Below are positions 39,001-46,100 of a DNA stretch of 52,641 bases, one piece after another. Each line of letters starts with the position of its first letter. The stretch's first letter is position 1. The notes beneath the pieces were generated by a model. The model worked only from the letters and a program-made list of their open reading frames with translations, was not told the origin of the DNA and ran no database searches. Location of the stretch: contig CANQWG010000005.1 in the NCBI GenBank assembly GCA_947627505.1, forward strand, positions 1 through 52,641, read 5' to 3'. Source of the DNA: an uncultured Bacilli bacterium (GTDB lineage Bacteria; Bacillota_I; Bacilli_A; RFN20; CAG-449). Made by a program: the position numbers and the translations under genes.

Positions 39001-39555
39001 GCGGTCGCAGGAGGAGTAATAGGAGGAGCAATAGGAGGAGTTGCAGCTGCGGTTAATGGACAAGATTTTTGGAGTGGTGCGTTAGCTGGTATGGCAGCGG
39101 GTGCCCTAGTTGGATTAGGAATAGGCATTGGAATTGTCGTGATAGAAGGAATGTCTGTATTACTAGGGCTAGGTATTATAGGAACGAGTCTTTATGCTGT
39201 AGGATCGAATATAGCTAAAGTTATACATAGTTATAACATAGTGGCACAATATGATAATTTAGACTATTCTGATATCATTATTAATTCAAAAGATCCTAGA
39301 TTGATTGTTACGAAACTTTTAACTGATGATGAAACTATTATGAAATATGTTAATTACTTGTATGAAAAAGTTGATGGAGTTAAAGAAAATTGGACAAAAG
39401 AACAATTATATCGAGAGTTAAAGTATCATAGGCTAGGATCGAGTAATAATTTTGTAAATCTAATTTTTGAGAGTCATCTTAGAACTGCTGATGTTGAAGA
39501 AACTCAAACGTTTAGATCGTATTTCTTAAGATTCTTTGGAAATATGTTATGGTAA
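33082..39555 (+). CDS. RHS/YD-repeat polymorphic toxin
   Basis: YD repeats; core [35 protein letters not shown]...[14 protein letters not shown]; 197-aa C-terminal domain. Confidence 0.93.
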   Translation: [2157 protein letters not shown]

Positions 39556-39580
39556 AATAAAATTAAAGGGGGAAACTAAT

Positions 39581-40237
39581 TTGAAAAAAAGAACATGGAT
39601 GTTATCATTACTTTCATCAGTACTTTTATTAACTTCTTGTACTAATAAGTGGGTACAGCAGGATTGGCATATAAACACTTTAGAACTTGCTGATGAGTAT
39701 TTTCCTAAATATTTTGACGAGATTGAAAAAACATTGCAAAAGAATGATGTTATGTATAAAAAAGAATATACAGAGAAAGTAGATGACCAATATACTAAAT
39801 TTTATATGGCAAAATACTATGTTACTGAGTCACTTTTCTATGAGGTAACATTATTCTACGATTATAGTTTTAATTATAGATTCACTTCTTCTACTATCAT
39901 TCTTTTTGGCTTAATTTATAAATTAGCAACTGAAGAAAAAGCTTTCAATATTCCACAGAATTATATGAATATCATTATTGATGTAACTGATTTTTGCTGT
40001 AATAATTTGCTAGGTACAGGAGAAAAATTTAATACACTTTATGATGAAGCAAAAGAAAAATATATAAATGGAGAGCATTTAAATGGCAAAGATGATAAAT
40101 ATGTTTTTGTAGATGAAAAGATGTGGGAGGAAACACCGCCGCATAGATGGATTGAAGTGCGATTCAAAGATAATGAATACAATGTAGTGATTGGATTACT
40201 AGACTATCTAACCGATGTAAACATTTGGGATAAATAG
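39581..40237 (+). CDS. Putative immunity lipoprotein, copy 1
   Basis: SD AAGGGGG, TTG start, LLLTSC lipobox; immediately after the RHS gene. Confidence 0.8.
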   Translation: MKKRTWMLSLLSSVLLLTSCTNKWVQQDWHINTLELADEYFPKYFDEIEKTLQKNDVMYKKEYTEKVDDQYTKFYMAKYYVTESLFYEVTLFYDYSFNYRFTSSTIILFGLIYKLATEEKAFNIPQNYMNIIIDVTDFCCNNLLGTGEKFNTLYDEAKEKYINGEHLNGKDDKYVFVDEKMWEETPPHRWIEVRFKDNEYNVVIGLLDYLTDVNIWDK

Positions 40238-40405
40238 TTTTCTCAAAATAAATAAAATAGTTACTAAGAATTTAAACACTGAAAACTGAATAAAAACTTA
40301 GTAGCTTTTTTAACTAAAGATATAAAAGATAATTTATCAAGAGATAATTAAATTTAAGATGGAATCTTTTTTCATGGTAAAATAAAATTAAAGGGGGAAA
40401 CTAAT

Positions 40406-41047
40406 TTGAAAAAAAGAACATGGATGTTGTCATTACTTTCATCAGTACTTTTATTAACTTCTTGCACTAGTAAGTGGGTACAGCAGGATTGGCATATAAA
40501 CACTTTAGAACTTGCTGATGAGTATTTTCCTAAATATTTTGACGAGATTGAAGAAATATTGCAAAAGAATGATGTTATGTATAAAAAAGAATATACAGAG
40601 AAAGTAGACCCATATACTAAATTTTATATGGCAAAATACTATGTTACTGAGTCACTTTTCTATGAGGTAACATTATTCTATGATTGTAGATCTACTGCTT
40701 ATAGTATCATTCTTTTTGGCTTAATTTATACATTAGCGACTGAAGAAGAGGCATTCAATATTTCACAGAATTATATGAATATCATTATTGATGTAACTGA
40801 TTTTTGCTGTAATAATTTGCTAGGTACAGGTGAAAAAATTAATACACTTTATGATGAAGCAAAAGAAAAATATATAAATGGTGAGCATTTAAATGTCAAA
40901 GATGAAAAATATGTTTTTGTAGAGGAAAGGATGTGGGAGGAAACACCGCCAGATAGATGGATTGAAGTGCGATTCAAAGATAATGAATACAATGTAGTGA
41001 TTGGATTACAAGACTATCTAACCGATGTAAACATTTGGGATAAATAG
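40406..41047 (+). CDS. Putative immunity lipoprotein, copy 2
   Basis: Close paralogue of copy 1. Confidence 0.8.
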   Translation: MKKRTWMLSLLSSVLLLTSCTSKWVQQDWHINTLELADEYFPKYFDEIEEILQKNDVMYKKEYTEKVDPYTKFYMAKYYVTESLFYEVTLFYDCRSTAYSIILFGLIYTLATEEEAFNISQNYMNIIIDVTDFCCNNLLGTGEKINTLYDEAKEKYINGEHLNVKDEKYVFVEERMWEETPPDRWIEVRFKDNEYNVVIGLQDYLTDVNIWDK

Positions 41048-41300
41048 TTTCCTCAAAATTAAATAAAATAGTTACTAAGAATTTAAACACTGAAAATTGA
41101 ATAAAAACTTAGTAGCTTTTTTAACTAAAGATATAAAAGATAATTTATCAAAAAATAATTAAATTTAATATTGAATTTTTTCTCGATGCCTTGAATCATA
41201 TCTTGATAAGAACCAGAGAGAAGAAACTATTAATTAGCAAAAGGGAAATCTTTTAAAGTTTTGATAAAATCTATTATTTTTTTAGCATTAAACATATTGT

Positions 41301-41554
41301 GATATTGACATTTAAATATGCTCTTAAAAAATTAATTGTTTTCGACTATAATGAGAGTAACAATAGCAAAGAATATATCTACTTAAGAAATATACAAGGT
41401 GATATTATTGCTATATGATTCATTTCACTTGATATTATTTCAATCTAATTTTGTAAATCTAATTTTTGAGAGTCATCTTAGAACTGCTGATGTTGAAGAA
41501 ACTCAAACGTTTAGATCGTATTTCTTAAGATTCTTTGGAAATATGTTATGGTAA
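41301..41554 (+). pseudogene. Internally deleted RHS 3' remnant
   Basis: Three fused pieces matching 38550-38665, 38846-38875 and 39448-39555. Confidence 0.85.
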
Positions 41555-41579
41555 AATAAAATTAAAGGGGGAAACTAAT

Positions 41580-42233
41580 TTGAAAAAAAGAACATGGATG
41601 TTATCATTACTTTCATCAGTACTTTTATTAACTTCTTGTACTAATAAGTGGGTACAGCAGGATTGGCATATAAACACTTTAGAACTTGCTGATGAGTATT
41701 TTCCTAAATATTTTGACGAGATTGAAGAAATATTGCAAAAGAATGATGTTATGTATAAAAAAGAATATACAGAGAAAGTAGACCCATATACTAAATTTTA
41801 TATGGCAAAATACTATGTTACTGAGTCACTTTTCTATGAGGTAACATTATTCTATGATTGTAGTTTTAATTGTAGATCTACTGCTGATAGTAACATTCTT
41901 TTTGGTTTAATTTATACATTAGCGACTGAAGAAGAGGCTTTCAATATTCCACAGAATTATATGAATATCATTATTGATGTAACTGATTTTTGCTGTAATA
42001 ATTTTCTAGGCACAGGTGAAAAAATTAATACACTTTATGATGAAGCAAAAGCAAAATATACAAATGGAGAGCATTTAAATGTCAAAGATGAAAAATATGT
42101 TTTTGTAGAGGAAAGGATGTGGGAGGAAACACCGCCAGATAGATGGATTGAAGTGCGATTCAAAGATAATGAATACAATGTAATGATTGGAGTAGATGAC
42201 TATCTAACCGATGTAAACATTTGGGATAAATAG
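41580..42233 (+). CDS. Putative immunity lipoprotein, copy 3
   Basis: Close paralogue of copies 1 and 2. Confidence 0.8.
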   Translation: MKKRTWMLSLLSSVLLLTSCTNKWVQQDWHINTLELADEYFPKYFDEIEEILQKNDVMYKKEYTEKVDPYTKFYMAKYYVTESLFYEVTLFYDCSFNCRSTADSNILFGLIYTLATEEEAFNIPQNYMNIIIDVTDFCCNNFLGTGEKINTLYDEAKAKYTNGEHLNVKDEKYVFVEERMWEETPPDRWIEVRFKDNEYNVMIGVDDYLTDVNIWDK

Positions 42234-42496
42234 TTTTCTCAAAATTAAATAAAATAGTTACTAAGAAGTAAAATACTAGAAGGATTTAGACTTGATGTAA
42301 CTAGTGTTACTAAAAAAGGATTAAGAGGTGTTGAAGTTTTTAGTAGTAGTCAAACTTATGTTAGCCAAGTGCTAAAGTTGGCAGAATAATTGGACAATAT
42401 TCTTACATTTTTAATGGACTAACCATAGACACTTTACGATTAATTACAAGTTGGCTTATATTTTAAAAACGTTAACTTTTTTGTTTTTGACCATTT

Positions 42497-42582
42497 AAAA
42501 AGAAAAAGTTAATAACTAGATAGTTCTTACATTATCGTTTTATTCATTTATTTATATAGGTGATATCAAATGAATAAGATTT
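42497..42582 (+). repeat. Right direct repeat of the island (intact spmA promoter/start)
   Basis: Matches 28978..29062. Confidence 0.9.
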
Positions 42583-43157
42583 GGATTGGAATTATTGTTA
42601 TTTCAATTATTTATGGATTAGTTACAGGTAGGTTTGACGCTTTGGCAAACTCGATTTTAGCATTGCCGGAAAAGGGCTTGAATCTTGTTTGTACATTGGT
42701 TTTTTCTGCTTGTTTTTGGAATGGAATTATGATGATCATGTATGATAGTGGTCTTATCGATAAAGTTGCTAAAGCTTTGAATCCGCTATTAAATCTTATC
42801 ATGCCGAATTTAAAAGATGAGGAAGCAAGAAAATATATTTCTTCCAATATTGCCGCAAATATGTTTGGTCTTGGTTTTGCAGCTACTCCAAGCGGTTTAA
42901 AAGCGATGAAAAGATTAAAGATGATTTCACCGGAAGATGAAAAGACAGCTTCCGATGAAATGGTCACATTTTTGATTTTAAACACTGCCGGAGTGACATT
43001 GATTCCTACTACAGTGATGGCGATAAGACATAGTTATGGTGCTTCAAATCCCACGGATTTCATCATATATGGTATTATCGGCACGCTTTTATCTTGTGTA
43101 TCAGGACTTTTATTAGATCGTTATTATCGTAAGAAGGCGCTAAAAAACAAAAGATAA
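42570..43157 (+). CDS. spmA: Spore maturation protein A
   Basis: MNKIW, NIAANMFGLGFAATPSGLKAM, ASDEMVTFLILNTAGVTLIPTTVMAIR. Confidence 0.95.
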   Translation: MNKIWIGIIVISIIYGLVTGRFDALANSILALPEKGLNLVCTLVFSACFWNGIMMIMYDSGLIDKVAKALNPLLNLIMPNLKDEEARKYISSNIAANMFGLGFAATPSGLKAMKRLKMISPEDEKTASDEMVTFLILNTAGVTLIPTTVMAIRHSYGASNPTDFIIYGIIGTLLSCVSGLLLDRYYRKKALKNKR

Positions 43158-43173
43158 AACTACATATAATATT

Positions 43174-46100
43174 TTAATTTTTAGACATTGATTTTTTCTT
43201 TTTGGTTACAAAAATTATCGCTGATAAGATAGAGATTATGCCGATGATAGCAATAACTCCGCTAATTAAAACTATTGTTTCAACATTATTATTTGAATTT
43301 ACAATATTAAATTCTAGAGTTTTTGTACCAGAATAGTTTCCCTTGAATTGGATTGTTATTGTAGCTTTACCGGTTTCGATGTTATTAGAATATGTGATAT
43401 CGTAATCAACACCATTGACTAAATCGGTTTTTTTATCATTTTCTGTTATAGAAATTTCCAACTCGGGATTTATTGCTTCACCGGTATAAGTTTGATCTTC
43501 GATAGACAAAAGGTTGCTATCTAATTGCACTTCTTTTGGAGCAATCGTGAAAGTGGAATTGATTATACCACGATAATTGCCTTTAAAATTGATTGTGAAT
43601 GAAGCTTCGCCGGCAGAAATATTATTTGAAAATACGATATCATAATCAACTCCATTTATAAGGGTAACAGATTGATCGTTAATTTTGACCTCGATGTTTG
43701 GAGTGATTTCTTGACCAGTATAACTGGTTTCATCTAAAACAGAAATGGTTACATCTTTAGAACTTAATTCTTTTTGAGAAATATTGAAGTAGGAAGTTAT
43801 GGTACCTTGGAAGTTACCTTTAAATTGAATAGTGTAAGAAGCTTTGCCCGCGGAGACATTATTGTTAAAGGTTACATCATAATCGATACCATTTTTTAAA
43901 ATTACTTCTTGATTATCAATTTTAGTTGTAATTTCAATATTTGGTGTTAAAGCAGTTCCAGAGAAAACGTTGTTTTCATCGATTGTTAGAGAAACAGTTT
44001 CACTATTTAATTCAAGCGGTAATATTTCAAAGGTTGAATCTAATACTCCTTTATAAAATCCTTTACCTTCAATCGAGAAAGAAGCACTACCGACAGAAAT
44101 ATTATTTTCGCACGATTTTAAAATATAGTCGACTCCTTCTTGTAATATAACTCCATTATAACTAATAACCGGTTTCCATTGTTGTCCGTTATAAACGAAA
44201 TCACTAATCGATAAGTTTAATTCTTGAAGTTCGTCCTGCTCTAAAATTTGTCCAGTAGTTAATGCGGCATCAAAAACTAAGTTTTTAGCGACGATAGTGA
44301 CAGTATGTTGCTTATTTTCAAGCCCAGCGATAAATACGGAAGGAGATGAAGTATTATCTATAGTTATTGAATATTTTTGACCATCGATTAAAACATATGA
44401 TTCATCGTTACTCGCTGATTCTTGAGAAAAATATAACAATAAGTCTTTACCTTCAAGAATAAAGGTTATTTCTCCGGCTTGAGTTTTTTGAGCAAGTCCG
44501 TTTATAAAGTTTCCTTTGACGGGATTCCACTCATTGTAATATTCGAATTCTTCACTAGACGAACCATAGATGTTGACATTTTCGGTATTTAATGATTGAG
44601 AAACCGATATCTCGCGAATACTTGATCGATTATTGGCACTAGGACCGGTTATTTCGATAATCAAATATCTGCCATTAGTCAATTCAAATTGATCGGAAAA
44701 TTTAGTACCATAGGCGGAGTTGTCTCGATTAAAAACATTTGAGGCATTTGCGATACTTTGACTGATATTTGTAGTATCGATATTATCGGCTATATGATAT
44801 TTATATCCGCTTGGAGCATAACTAGAATCGTAAAATTCGATATTTACGTTAGAAATAGAAACTCTTTCACCAAAATCGAAAATATAATAATGCGAATAAT
44901 TATATGATGGATTTGGAGTAAACCAAGTGCCGGTGTTATTGTCGGTTAAATTCTTAATGAAATGATCACTATTTTGACCGGGAATGTTTCTTCCTTGACT
45001 ATCAATGCATTGTACTTCTTGAATTTTTTTGGTTAAATCCAAATTATTTGGATACATCCGCTTCAACAAATTGCTTTCTAAGTCATATTGTGTGTCATAA
45101 AAGAAAGGTTTTGAATTATCTTTTAAGTAGTCATCGATTACTTGTTGGCTGACATTAGGATTTAGACAGTCAGATGAAAGAATCGAGGAGTAATTAACTT
45201 TATCTTCACTATATTGAACGTGAATATATCCGGCTCCTCCGCTATTTAAACAATAGGCTTCGATAAGAATCGGTTCGTTAGGATTTACATCAATTTCAAT
45301 TTTATTTTCTTTTAAAGATATAGCCGTACCATAATCCCAATATGAGTTAATATATTGATTACAATATGCTTCTTGGCCGTTGATTTTGATATATGTGGCA
45401 TCATCGCCATAAACCATAAATGTCAATTTCTTTTTATAATCAAATATTACTTTAGTGGAAAGATAAGTGAGATTAATTCCCTCAGTCACATTAGTTGAAA
45501 GCGAGGTAGTGGTATAAGTTTTAACTTTGTGTTCTTCATTAGCAAATTGTTCAATCGCTTGTTGAACGGTATAACCATTAGAAGCACTATATTCAATCGC
45601 TTGAACTGTTTTATTGACAGCAAATTTTAACTGAACTTTTAATGTTTTTTGATATGTGGTTTCATCACCATCAAACCAGGCATTATATGTCACATCGAAA
45701 GTTATATCATCGTAATTATCATTAGGGGCAAATGTGTAAAGTCCTTCTGAAGTTTTTATCAATGTTCCGTTTTTGATATTTGTGATTGAGGCCACTTCAA
45801 AATGATCAGCGGAAGTCAAAGTTTTATCTTTAAGATCTAAAGTTACTTCACTTTGATTACGATTAAAGATATAAGGTCTTCCGGTTTCAATATTCTTTTC
45901 TCCAAGAGCGTAAACGTTCTGCAAAGAGAAGTATTTTGGATAGTTGAGATCTTTAATTTTTGCAATTGTGGTTTGGTTTAAATTGAAATGCCATAAATCT
46001 TGGAAATAATCAGTCATATCATATTTAAAGAATTGACTTGCAAAAGTTGCAAAACCATCTTCGGTTGTCGTGTAGTTATGACTAGCTCCGCTAGCTGAAA

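Larger units (their letters stand above)
29063..42496. mobile_element. RHS toxin genomic island with no visible integrase
   Basis: Flanking direct repeats, visibly AT-richer composition, accessory cargo. Confidence 0.7.

Noticed and set aside
39536-39580. Longer MEICYG... N-termini for immunity copies 1 and 3
   Set aside because: They overlap the RHS 3' end; the SD and lipoprotein signal point to the TTG at 39581 and 41580, matching copy 2
29350-42496. Island as a prophage or ICE
   Set aside because: No integrase, structural, relaxase or conjugation genes recognisable
43300-44220. Tandem ~240-255 bp repeats
   Set aside because: Explained by the protein-level Ig-like repeats of the M60 peptidase
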